Source of the DNA: Bacteroidales bacterium
Lineage (GTDB): Bacteria > Bacteroidota > Bacteroidia > Bacteroidales > JAADJA01
Reading direction: 5' to 3'
DNA: 64,000 nucleotides
NCBI GenBank assembly: GCA_016933115.1
Contig: JAFGBL010000074.1
Location: forward strand, 3,684 to 67,683
The notes beneath the pieces were generated by a model, which was not told where the DNA came from, ran no database searches, and saw only the letters and a program-made list of their open reading frames with translations. Positions 17,511 through 27,012 of the stretch are shown here, in pieces. A program made the position numbers and the translations under genes. Each line of letters begins with the position of its first letter. Positions within the stretch are counted from its first letter, which is position 1.

Positions 17511-18527
17511 TCAGAATTCAAGGAATTTACAGGGTTCACGTTTGGTCGACATCCGGGAGCAGAACTTCTTAACCAGGGAAAACTCAAATCCACCCTGGTA
17601 ATTGGAGGCCATCCGCTGTTTGTTGACATTCACATCATACGAAAACATAATGTTAAAACTGTTGTATTCAATGCCGATCACAGGAATAATATCCCGGCCG
17701 ATTCTTGTCCACAGCCCCCCTTCGAGTTTAAAATTGGTTCCCCCGTAAATCAGGTTGGCTCCCATAATTGTCTCCTGCACCCCTTCATGGGCGATAAAAT
17801 AGGCTTCGGGTTTGATGAGGAAACGTTCAGATAAAATTCGTTGAAAAGTGGCATGAACGATGATTTTTCGACCAACTCTATTATCCTCCCCGTAAAATGA
17901 TTCTTTAGGTTTATTGATGTGGCTCATGCTCACACCTGTTTCGTACATCCACTTTTCATTTACCAGGTGGTGGAACGAAAGCCCTGCATTGAAGTCGGGA
18001 TAGAAAATAGAAGAATTCTTAATAGCCTGTGGATCACCCGAAATGCCTGTAAAGTCCAGATCGATGGTACTCCACTGATCACCGAATACGAGGTTATTGA
18101 TATTGATGCTTCGATTGGTAACTCCCAGGCCGACACCCAGGCTACCATACATAGAGTTGTCCGCATTAAAACCCTGGCTAAAGGCACCGAAAAACATTCC
18201 CTGAACTTTCGTCAAATCGCCATTTCCTGCGTTATCATAGTATAAATGCGATCCCAGACCGATCCATGCCCTACGGTTCATAAACTTGGGATAAATTCGT
18301 GTATCTCCCCAGGCGGTGTAAGTTTCGAAAGGAACTGTAAAGCTGGCCGCCTGTTGCCTGTAATTCAGACCCACCCTGAAATCGCATTCATGGTTGCCGG
18401 TAAATGCCGGATTAATATATAAAGGAGTGTTGTACATCTGGGAATAATGGATGTCCTGTGCTTTGGTTTCCCAGACACTTAAGAACAACAAAACGAATAT
18501 AACCGGGTATATAATTTTTGCTTTCAT
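17511..18527 (-). CDS. PorP/SprF family type IX secretion system membrane protein
   Basis: 338 aa. It has a signal peptide, then the family-defining QDIHYSQMYNTPLYINPAFTG, and beta-barrel-like alternating sequence to the C-terminal F. Confidence 0.85.
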   Translation of the reverse strand: MKAKIIYPVIFVLLFLSVWETKAQDIHYSQMYNTPLYINPAFTGNHECDFRVGLNYRQQAASFTVPFETYTAWGDTRIYPKFMNRRAWIGLGSHLYYDNAGNGDLTKVQGMFFGAFSQGFNADNSMYGSLGVGLGVTNRSININNLVFGDQWSTIDLDFTGISGDPQAIKNSSIFYPDFNAGLSFHHLVNEKWMYETGVSMSHINKPKESFYGEDNRVGRKIIVHATFQRILSERFLIKPEAYFIAHEGVQETIMGANLIYGGTNFKLEGGLWTRIGRDIIPVIGIEYNSFNIMFSYDVNVNKQRMASNYQGGFEFSLVKKFCSRMSTKREPCKFLEF

Positions 18528-18530
18528 AAT

Positions 18531-21500
18531 TTATCTTAACAGGGTTATATTACCTTTTTTCTCAGCATAATCACCATCGGCAAACCGAACCTTCAAGTAA
18601 TATGTATAAACCTCCATGGGTTGGGGCACGCCATCAACCGTTCCATCCCATCCCTCTTCCTGGCTATTCGATTCGAACACTTTTTTTCCATAGCGGTCAA
18701 AGATCAGGAAAGTCATATCCACAATGCCGCTTCCTTTTACTTCCAGGATGGGATTGTGATTATCGCTGTTGGGTGAAAAAGCAGTTGGAACGTTCACAAC
18801 ACTTTGTTCGTACATGTGTACAATTACCGTATCGATAGCGGTACATCCTTTATAACTTACTTCAACGATATAATCGACAGGATCGGCATTTCCGGGGACC
18901 GTAATATACCTTTCATCAGGTAACTCAAGACCCAAATCCGGATCGGAGTACCAAATCCATGTATCTCCGGGACCCGCATCCAGGTTGGCCGATTCACCAA
19001 ATTTAAGGTTGATGGAATCGGCAAGATAATCTTCCGGCCGGGGTTTAGCGATGATTTGAAATAACTTGGTCGCTGTCGTTTGACATCCGGTTTCCTTATC
19101 GGTCACAGTAACATCAATCATGGTATTGCTGTATTCGGGAGATGCTTCAATAAAAGGGGTCTGCTCTCCGTTGAACCACTGGTATTCGTAGTTTGCATTG
19201 GGCGGATCGATGCTCAGGTCGATGATATCCCCTTCGCATGGGGTAGGAATAATTTCCACTGCAGGTGGATCATCTTCCTCAACGATGATATAATCATCGT
19301 ACCGGCATGAGGGCGTCAACTGCACCTTGATATCATACTGTCCACCCTGCGTAACCGTATAATTGATTTCTCCCGGTATGGTTGATCCATCCCAGTAGTA
19401 GAGCGTATTGGCATCACCGTTGAAACTTTCTGCATTTAAGACAAGTTCATCCCCTGCGCACATTCGCACTGTAATTCCGTTAAAGCCGTATATTTGACTT
19501 TCATATCCTTCCCATAACCATGCTGGTGGCGGATTATCGGGTTCCTGTGTGTGTTCTCCGGCATAAAATACGGAGTTGTCACCGATTGTGGCTACATTTT
19601 CAACTTGCAGGAAATCGCAGACTACCGTGTCGTTGTCTACCCTTAGGTATGGGTAATTTGTTATGTTGCCTATCCTTTTTAATTTTACATAATTGCAATT
19701 ATTCCCCCGTAGGATAAGGGTGTCATAAATGGTTTGTTCTTTCCCCGATTCAAAAAAGTAGGTATTACCAATGTCTCCCCCGCCCGGCAATAATTTAAGC
19801 GTGTCGAATGTATTCTCTCCCCGGAATTCACAATTGGCATTGGAGACAAAATGTTCAAAGTGGCTGGTACCATTGATTAAACCGTACTGGTTCACAATGC
19901 ATTTTTTGATGTAATTATAACTGTAGATGCCGGCAAACGTAGTGTCGATAATGGCTACATTCGCTTCACCATATGAGAACATGGATGCCCTTACACCGGT
20001 TAGCAAAATGGTATCGGCTGCGTAATGCCCTTCGACAAGACTCAATGTGCCCCGCAATTCCAGGATGTTGTATTTGACGGTGTTGTAAGCATTTACAAGG
20101 CTATCCAAAGGTCCTTGAATGATAACATTGTTAAATTCCATTTCCTCACCGTGATGGTTCCTGAAAAAGCTGAAAACACCGGTTGTGCGCAAGGTTGAAT
20201 TGGCTGCGGAAAATTGAAGGTTATCAGCGTCGACCAACCATGCATAGTTGTTATTCCTGGCCAACTCGATTTCTGAATTTTCAATATTCAGCACACGAGG
20301 ATTTTTATAATTGGAATAAAAAGTTCCGCAATTCATGTATTGTCCGTTGGTGATAAATGTCCCGTGTTCGAGGTAGGCATTGCGTGTAACCCCAATTACA
20401 TTATCAAAAAGAAAGAGCATGTCTTCCAGCATCACAATATCGCCAATTCCCTGGAAATGGATGTCGTTGAGGATATTTTTACCAAAAGTTTTAATAATAT
20501 CAGGATCTTTAGGATTTTTATCATTTCCCGTTTGATCAAAGAAAATTTCGCCTGCATATTTGTAATTCAGGGAATCATTCAGGATAAATGAACCATATAC
20601 AAACAGATCGACACTATCGGCCCCCATAAAAGTAGGGCTAAAGCTTTCGTCCGGAAATTCGAAGCGGATATCATGGCAATAAGCATTGGGAACATTAACA
20701 GTTACCGTATCGTAAGGTGAGCTAAAAGAGTTTGCGTCGAAGACTACATCGTTTAGTTCCCTGGGAACACATCCGATAATATCATCGAGGCTGCCCGATA
20801 CATAGGACCAGTTATTACCATTACCCCAGTTGCCCTGTCCTCCGATCCAATAAAATGTGGCGTCATCAACCAGTTCAAAATCCCAGTTACCGTTGTTGCC
20901 AAGGTCGTTGGAATAAAATGCAGTGTAATTGTTGCCATTGTAATCTATGGCTACAATGTCGCGCATGGAAACGTAAGTGATTTCTATGTTGTTCTTTTGG
21001 ACTTTAATTTTCGCCTGTGTACCAATTGAATCGGATTGGATTCGAATGGGTTCTAGGCAGGTGCCCTGAACATCAAAAGATTCAAAAATAATCTGGGTCG
21101 AATCGTGTTCAAAGAAATATTTGTAACCAGGCGAGAATTTCAATGTATTAAACTGGTTTCTGCCGTTGATCTCTCCGTTATTTTTAAATTCGCAATAACC
21201 GATAAAATTTGAAAGGAAAATACTTCCATGTTTATGGAAAAAACATGAATCCACCGAATTAAATCCAAGGACGGTTCCTTCATCGTAAAAATTGGCTGTT
21301 CCGATGGTATGCTGCCCTCCGTTGATCGAATCCTGGTAACCATAGGCATCCACAACGTTCACGGTGTACATGTTCCTCAACCTGCAGAAGGGAGCCAAAA
21401 CATCGTAGGTGAGGGTGTCGATGGTGGCCATACCAATGGCATCGCCCTGCATGGCATAATAGGTAACGAGGTTATAGTGGCAAACACTTTCACTTTTAAG

Positions 21501-23855
21501 AATGGACATGGCCGAGGTGGTATCGAACTCTATATTGTAATAGGTCAATTCTCCTCCTGTGGTTCGAATGTGGCATTGGCCGGGGATCATAGCATTAATC
21601 CCCAGGGACCGGATAAGGGATGTACCTCCGTCAAAGGTCAATTGGTAACCGTTCACATTCCAGGCATCGGAGTTTTCACCCCTGAGCACTTCAATTTTTG
21701 AATTTCCCAGGTATAATTCACGTTCAAGGGTATCTGCCGAGTTAAAAATGTTGCACCGGACATACTGGTCGTTCATGTTCAGTGATCCTCTGACCAGGAA
21801 AAGGGTATCATCTCCCTGGTTCATTTTGATTGAATCTGAGAACATCCATTTACCGTCGACACCGTCGAAATAGGTATTGGAATAAAATCCTTTACCAGCC
21901 ATATTTACGGTCTCAGGAGTGGTGTCATACTCCGATTCAAAGTAGAAACGGCCTCCAAATCCCATTTCCATGTTCGGATTAAACGTAAGTGAACCCCAGA
22001 TTTTCATACCACTCGTATCAGGGCCAATAAAAACCGGATTATTGGTAGCTTCCTCCCAGGTCATGTCGTTAAACTGAGCATATTTTACATCTACCCAAAC
22101 AGTATCCGGACCGCCAAATGAATTGGCATCGAAAAATACATTATCCAACAGGTTGGGTGGGCATTGATCGGGTATTCCGGTTTGATCGGCCCAATGGGAT
22201 TTGTCCGACCACACTCCCTGTCCTCCGACCCAGTAAAGGTCACGGGTGGTAAGCTCACTGTTGAAATTAATGCCGATATTGTTTCCTTTGTCAACTCCGT
22301 TGTCTATGGCTAATGGTGTCCCCATGTTATTGATATCTCTCACCATGAGGTATTCAGTTGAAACAGTTGGACCCTGGTAGTCCATCATTCCCCAGTAGGT
22401 TTTTAGGTCGGAACTCAATGTTGAAAGCCCCCGCTCGCAATCCCCGACCACCTCAATCTGGCCGGTTATTGTTTGAATGAAAGAGTAAGTGTAATTCCCA
22501 CCAAAACCTAAAGAATCTGCTTTTATCTGGTACCAGAAACCTGTATTCAAAGTCAGGTCGTTGATGATATTGCTGCGCTGCATTGTTCCATCGCCGCTGA
22601 ATACCAGGTGCCCGATCTGATTCGGTTCGCCGGGTGCACCTGCAAGGACACCATCGGTGTCAAAAAACAGGTAATCGATGGTATTGTTTCCTGCAACCGT
22701 TCCTTTGTATCCGTAAACCAGCATGGAGTCAATATCGGATTCAACTCCATATAAATAGGTTCCCAGGTTACAAATCAATTTGTGGTAGTAAGAATGCCTT
22801 TCATCGATTTCAGCAAAACAACTGTTGAACAATGCATAATTGACACTGTCCTTTGCACTGAAAATCTGAGAAGGGAATGGAGGAAGCCCTTCAATGATCA
22901 ATGTGTCGATGGTATAGCTTCCTGTAACATTTTCATCCTGTTCACCCTCAATGGATCCCAACCCCAGGAAATGAATGAAGTTGAAACGTGTCCGGATGTC
23001 GGTATTCGACATGCTTCCTGCTTCAGGCAAAAATGTAAGGTTGTGATAGTTCAGCGCAGTTCCGCTATTGTGGGTCATAACGCCCCTAAGGGTGATCAGT
23101 GAATTGTCGGCCATCAGGCTAAATCCCTGGGCATTGATATCCCAGTCGCCGATGATCATAAAATCGGAATTAGCCATATTGAGCGACCGGGTATTTGGTT
23201 CTGTTGAACGAAATCCTTCAGTAATAACCACCTGTCCGTTAATGTTTAACTGGCCTTTTCTTAAAAATATTTTAGCATCAGGCAGGGGATTATCGGCAGC
23301 CGGGTCGGCAAATCGCGCCATCCAGTCGGAAGTGTCCCAAACGATTAGTGTATCCTGAATGATCCAACTCCCGGTTCCTTCAAAAATGATGCTGTTATTG
23401 AACTGAACGCCATTGGATGTTATCGTATTTCCGCTACTACCCGAATAGAAATAGGTTCTGCCGGCATAGGCATTGATCAGCTTTTCATGGAATCGGATGC
23501 TTCCATTGATTGTTAAAGCAGTTGTATCGGCGCCGCCAAACATCACAACGGTGTCGGTCAGGTTTTCCCAGATCATACTTTTGCAAACCGGATTGCTCAT
23601 CAGGATAAACACCGTATCCTTATTGGAAAACTGAGAATTTTCATTAAATATAACGGTATTCAGATTGGTAGGTAGTGTTGTTGGTGTGAGCCCTGAACTG
23701 GTTTTCCAGTTATTGATATTCGACCACGCACCCTGACCGCCAACCCAGTAATAATCCTCCTGAGAAAATGCGAATGAAGTAAATAGAAGAGCAATGATCA
23801 ATAGTAAAATTCTGTTCATCAGTATACAACTTAGTGTGAATAAAATTTTAGTCAC
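18531..23855 (-). CDS. giant surface protein with T9SS type B (gliding-motility-associated) C-terminal domain
   Basis: The C-terminus VPTAFSPNSDNHNPILEVKG...YYLKVRFADGDYAEKKGNITLLR matches the type B CTD. The tracked ORF starts at GTG 23855. ATG 23819 gives a clean signal peptide (MNRILLLIIALLFTSFAFSQ) and is the likelier start. Confidence 0.85.
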   Translation of the reverse strand: MTKILFTLSCILMNRILLLIIALLFTSFAFSQEDYYWVGGQGAWSNINNWKTSSGLTPTTLPTNLNTVIFNENSQFSNKDTVFILMSNPVCKSMIWENLTDTVVMFGGADTTALTINGSIRFHEKLINAYAGRTYFYSGSSGNTITSNGVQFNNSIIFEGTGSWIIQDTLIVWDTSDWMARFADPAADNPLPDAKIFLRKGQLNINGQVVITEGFRSTEPNTRSLNMANSDFMIIGDWDINAQGFSLMADNSLITLRGVMTHNSGTALNYHNLTFLPEAGSMSNTDIRTRFNFIHFLGLGSIEGEQDENVTGSYTIDTLIIEGLPPFPSQIFSAKDSVNYALFNSCFAEIDERHSYYHKLICNLGTYLYGVESDIDSMLVYGYKGTVAGNNTIDYLFFDTDGVLAGAPGEPNQIGHLVFSGDGTMQRSNIINDLTLNTGFWYQIKADSLGFGGNYTYSFIQTITGQIEVVGDCERGLSTLSSDLKTYWGMMDYQGPTVSTEYLMVRDINNMGTPLAIDNGVDKGNNIGINFNSELTTRDLYWVGGQGVWSDKSHWADQTGIPDQCPPNLLDNVFFDANSFGGPDTVWVDVKYAQFNDMTWEEATNNPVFIGPDTSGMKIWGSLTFNPNMEMGFGGRFYFESEYDTTPETVNMAGKGFYSNTYFDGVDGKWMFSDSIKMNQGDDTLFLVRGSLNMNDQYVRCNIFNSADTLERELYLGNSKIEVLRGENSDAWNVNGYQLTFDGGTSLIRSLGINAMIPGQCHIRTTGGELTYYNIEFDTTSAMSILKSESVCHYNLVTYYAMQGDAIGMATIDTLTYDVLAPFCRLRNMYTVNVVDAYGYQDSINGGQHTIGTANFYDEGTVLGFNSVDSCFFHKHGSIFLSNFIGYCEFKNNGEINGRNQFNTLKFSPGYKYFFEHDSTQIIFESFDVQGTCLEPIRIQSDSIGTQAKIKVQKNNIEITYVSMRDIVAIDYNGNNYTAFYSNDLGNNGNWDFELVDDATFYWIGGQGNWGNGNNWSYVSGSLDDIIGCVPRELNDVVFDANSFSSPYDTVTVNVPNAYCHDIRFEFPDESFSPTFMGADSVDLFVYGSFILNDSLNYKYAGEIFFDQTGNDKNPKDPDIIKTFGKNILNDIHFQGIGDIVMLEDMLFLFDNVIGVTRNAYLEHGTFITNGQYMNCGTFYSNYKNPRVLNIENSEIELARNNNYAWLVDADNLQFSAANSTLRTTGVFSFFRNHHGEEMEFNNVIIQGPLDSLVNAYNTVKYNILELRGTLSLVEGHYAADTILLTGVRASMFSYGEANVAIIDTTFAGIYSYNYIKKCIVNQYGLINGTSHFEHFVSNANCEFRGENTFDTLKLLPGGGDIGNTYFFESGKEQTIYDTLILRGNNCNYVKLKRIGNITNYPYLRVDNDTVVCDFLQVENVATIGDNSVFYAGEHTQEPDNPPPAWLWEGYESQIYGFNGITVRMCAGDELVLNAESFNGDANTLYYWDGSTIPGEINYTVTQGGQYDIKVQLTPSCRYDDYIIVEEDDPPAVEIIPTPCEGDIIDLSIDPPNANYEYQWFNGEQTPFIEASPEYSNTMIDVTVTDKETGCQTTATKLFQIIAKPRPEDYLADSINLKFGESANLDAGPGDTWIWYSDPDLGLELPDERYITVPGNADPVDYIVEVSYKGCTAIDTVIVHMYEQSVVNVPTAFSPNSDNHNPILEVKGSGIVDMTFLIFDRYGKKVFESNSQEEGWDGTVDGVPQPMEVYTYYLKVRFADGDYAEKKGNITLLR
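19545..23759 (-). repeat. three tandem modules of about 460-505 aa inside the giant protein (protein-level repeat)
   Basis: The modules begin at about 23759, 22244 and 20866, with EDYYWVGGQGAWSNINNW, RDLYWVGGQGVWSDKSHW and ATFYWIGGQGNWGNGNNW. Matching internal landmarks are VIFNENSQF / VFFDANSFG / VVFDANSFS and LRKGQLNINGQ / LVRGSLNMNDQ / LEHGTFITNGQ. Confidence 0.7.
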
Positions 23856-26800
23856 CGGTTCCCAAAACCGTTAAACTGCCTTTGTAAATCTTGTTTGTGT
23901 TATCGGGGCCGTAATACACTTCGAGCACCCAGTAATAAGTTCCTTCCGAAACATATTTACCGTTTTGTTTACCGTCCCATCCGGATGGAAAATCATTTGA
24001 TTCCCAAACTTTTTGACCCCATCTATTAAACACGGAAATGGTGTGTTTGTTTATTCCTGACCAGCCTGGTTTTGGTTCGAAAAGATCGTTTTTCTGGTCG
24101 CCGTTGGGTGTGATTACGATGGGTATCTCGACGGAATAAACCTCAATAATAATCTGGTCGGAAGCTTTGCAGTTGTGAATATCATAAACTAAAATAACTA
24201 CAGAATCCGAGATTGTTATATTGTCATAGCTGAGTTCGTAATACCGGCCACCTGCCTCACCGTTCCAGATGTAGCTTTCAAATTCGCCAGCATCAAGGGT
24301 GATATTTTCGCCGGGAAATAGAATTTGATCTTCTCCTAAATAAACTTCCGGATTTTGAAACTCCTGAACATAAACGTTCGCGGTATCTGAATCACAAACG
24401 TTTTCCAACCTGAGTTCATAATTTCCTCCATTTAGAACCATCAGGGACTGTCCGCCTTCCACATCGTTCCAGTAGTAGGTGTATTGCGACTCGGGGCCCG
24501 GAGCTGTCAGGACTACTGTGTCGCCGGTACAAATCTCAGTTCCTCCCTCAATATTTGCAACCGGTATTTTGATTTGCTCAAGAAATATGGTATCAGCGGA
24601 TTCACATTGGTCGAAATTTCCATAAGAAACAACGACTGAGTACTCTCCACCTTCAGTAACATTTATTGATTGTAAAGATGATCCATTACTCCAGTAGTAA
24701 TTATCGAAACTGCTTCCGGCATCCAGCATAACGGTTTCTCCTTCGCAGAATGTACTGTCGGGGCCAAGGTCAACTTCTTTGCCTACTTCCACAAAAATCT
24801 GATCGGAGGCTGAACACTGGTAAAAATCCTCCACCTCAACGGAATATACGCCTGTTTCTGTTACGGAATAATATTGCGATGCCTGCCCGTCCTGCCATTC
24901 ATAATAAATAAATCCAAAACCTGCATCAAGATCCAAAGACTGGCCAAAGCAGATCAGTGTATCATTTCCCAGGTTCAGGTTAATTTGCGGGTGGTAATCA
25001 ACATTGATGGTGTCTCCGGCTTCTCCGCATCCGCTTTGAACCAGCAACCAATAGGTGCCGGGCTGTGTAACGATATAGTAAGGCAAGGTATCGTTGGGAT
25101 TGTCATTCCACATATATGAAGCGAAAACTCCGTTTGGTTCAAGTGTATATTCAACACCATAGCAAAGTATCGTATCATTCCCAAGCTCGACATTCAAATC
25201 CGGATCATCCACATATAAATTCACGGTATCCGAACCGGTGCATCCTATTTCGCTGCTTACTTGCACCCAATACTGCCCTGTTTCAGTGGCCGGGTATGTC
25301 TGATTGGTGGAGCCGTCTTGCCAAAGGTAATAATCAAAGCCGGGCCCGGCGTCAAAAACATAGGTTTCTCCCTGGCAAATGCTTTGATCTTCCCCCAGAT
25401 CGACGTTAACCAAATCCACATCAACATGGATGGAATCGACTGTTGTACAACCACCCTGACCAATCACCTGGCAGGTATATGTTCCTGATTCCGTTACAGC
25501 ATAAGTAGAGTCGGTTGATTGATCCTGCCACAAATATCCAAGATATCCTCCGCCTGCGTTTAGCAACAGTGTATCTCCCTGGCAGATGGTGGTATCCGGC
25601 CCAAATTCTACCTCCGGAGAGGGATTGACGACCACCTCCACCGAATCGCTTATCATATTCATACAAGCATCGAAAACATTAACGGTGTAGGTTGTAGTCA
25701 CTTCAGGACTTACAGTAATGGAATCATTATTAATTGCAGAACCTTCCCATTCAAACGTATAAGGGGGTACTCCATTAATTACGCTTACCGAAATATCAAC
25801 ATCCTCCCCAAGGCAAATATCAACCATTCCATTTGTGGCAGTCTCCATGAAAACGTAATCCTGTATTATAAATTCAACAGTATCATACCTGACGATACAA
25901 CCCAAAGTATTTTCGATGATCAGCATGATGTTTTCTTCACCTTCAAAAATTCCATCGGCAATAGGAACAACATGAATGGTATCGCTCATTTGGCCTTCTT
26001 CAAAAGTGATGCAATCAGGAATTTCTTCATAATCTATACCTGGAATGGCAGAACCTGTGATTTCGAAACATACTGTAAGTGGTGCATAGCTTTCGTTAGG
26101 TAAAGTAAAAATAATGTCGGCTTCAATACACCCTTCGATCATGTTTTCGGCAACACCTTCAGGATAAGGTTCTAATTCTACCTCCACCTTGGGGCTTTCA
26201 AAACTATTTTCCTCAATAAAAACACCCGTATCATATATACCGTCGCCCGTATCGGCCACCGCCATCTTAATGTGGTACTCTTCGCAAGGCACAACCTTGA
26301 TAAATGCAGTCAGCACAACCGTAAAGCCGTCATACTCAATGGTAAGTCCGTTGTTGTTATCAACAAAATATTCGCAATATTCGCATGGCCCCGAAGCATA
26401 TTGCCCGCAAGGTACATTTCCATTGTGAACATTGTTGATGGCTATTGGAATGGTGGTTCCAGGTATAAGGGCGACATTTACGTCGTTATAACTACCGCCA
26501 TCCGGATTGGGGCCACTCACGAAATATCCAAAAACATCATTGAAGGGCGTTTCTACCCACTCATGGTATTCCTCCGAACCAAAAACATACTTGAACCGTA
26601 GGGTATCAGATTCGGGAATAAAATCGAATTCAAGGACTGCTGCATCATAGGTAGTTCCGCTTGAGAGAGAGGAAAGTGTCGGGTCGCCGGGCATTCCGTT
26701 ATTGGCACCTGCAAAACAGGAGGAATTCGGGCCGGGTATGATATAACCGGCTCCTGACGTCAAAAATATTCCACTTTCGATTCCAAGGTTGGTCGATCCA

Positions 26801-27012
26801 CCATTGCTGAAAATACCCCGAGCGCCGTCGGCTCCCTGGTATTGAACGTTGCTGTATTGAACACCCTCGCCGACAATATTTTCAACCATTGCTTCCGGAT
26901 CAACTCCCGGATTTACATTTATTTGTGCAAAAGAATTATTTCGGATCAATAAAAGGAAAGCCAAACTGAAAATAACGATATATCCTTTAGTTTTGAAAGT
27001 AGACTTTGTCAT
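23848..27012 (-). CDS. choice-of-anchor L domain protein with Calx-beta-like domain, Cys-framed repeat array and T9SS type B C-terminal domain
   Basis: Has a signal peptide. The N-terminal ..FKYVFGSEEYHEWVETPFNDVFGYFVSGPN.. is the choice-of-anchor L signature. ..GIDYEEIPDCITFEEGQMSDTIHVVPIADGIFEGEENIML.. is Calx-beta-like. The C-terminus IVITPNGDQKNDLFEP...YKGSLTVLG is a type B CTD. Confidence 0.8.
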   Translation of the reverse strand: MTKSTFKTKGYIVIFSLAFLLLIRNNSFAQINVNPGVDPEAMVENIVGEGVQYSNVQYQGADGARGIFSNGGSTNLGIESGIFLTSGAGYIIPGPNSSCFAGANNGMPGDPTLSSLSSGTTYDAAVLEFDFIPESDTLRFKYVFGSEEYHEWVETPFNDVFGYFVSGPNPDGGSYNDVNVALIPGTTIPIAINNVHNGNVPCGQYASGPCEYCEYFVDNNNGLTIEYDGFTVVLTAFIKVVPCEEYHIKMAVADTGDGIYDTGVFIEENSFESPKVEVELEPYPEGVAENMIEGCIEADIIFTLPNESYAPLTVCFEITGSAIPGIDYEEIPDCITFEEGQMSDTIHVVPIADGIFEGEENIMLIIENTLGCIVRYDTVEFIIQDYVFMETATNGMVDICLGEDVDISVSVINGVPPYTFEWEGSAINNDSITVSPEVTTTYTVNVFDACMNMISDSVEVVVNPSPEVEFGPDTTICQGDTLLLNAGGGYLGYLWQDQSTDSTYAVTESGTYTCQVIGQGGCTTVDSIHVDVDLVNVDLGEDQSICQGETYVFDAGPGFDYYLWQDGSTNQTYPATETGQYWVQVSSEIGCTGSDTVNLYVDDPDLNVELGNDTILCYGVEYTLEPNGVFASYMWNDNPNDTLPYYIVTQPGTYWLLVQSGCGEAGDTINVDYHPQINLNLGNDTLICFGQSLDLDAGFGFIYYEWQDGQASQYYSVTETGVYSVEVEDFYQCSASDQIFVEVGKEVDLGPDSTFCEGETVMLDAGSSFDNYYWSNGSSLQSINVTEGGEYSVVVSYGNFDQCESADTIFLEQIKIPVANIEGGTEICTGDTVVLTAPGPESQYTYYWNDVEGGQSLMVLNGGNYELRLENVCDSDTANVYVQEFQNPEVYLGEDQILFPGENITLDAGEFESYIWNGEAGGRYYELSYDNITISDSVVILVYDIHNCKASDQIIIEVYSVEIPIVITPNGDQKNDLFEPKPGWSGINKHTISVFNRWGQKVWESNDFPSGWDGKQNGKYVSEGTYYWVLEVYYGPDNTNKIYKGSLTVLGTGD
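24133..25612 (-). repeat. seven tandem Cys-framed modules of about 70 aa (protein-level repeat)
   Basis: The repeating pattern is [IL]C-x-G-[DE]-x-x-x-L-[DN]-A-G..Y-x-W-x-[DN]-G-S...V-x-x-x-G-x-Y-x-V-x-V....C...D-x-I-x-V. Examples are ICQGDTLLLNAG, ICQGETYVFDAG, ICFGQSLDLDAG, FCEGETVMLDAG and ICTGDTVVLTAPG. Three related copies occur in the neighbouring giant gene at about 18808-19475. Confidence 0.7.

Noticed and set aside
23848-23855. Apparent 8-nt overlap between the 1054-aa gene stop and the giant gene start, which would suggest translational coupling.
   Set aside because: The overlap depends on a GTG start at 23855. An in-frame ATG at 23819 gives a textbook signal peptide (MNRILLLIIALLFTSFAFSQ), so the real arrangement is probably a 28-nt gap.
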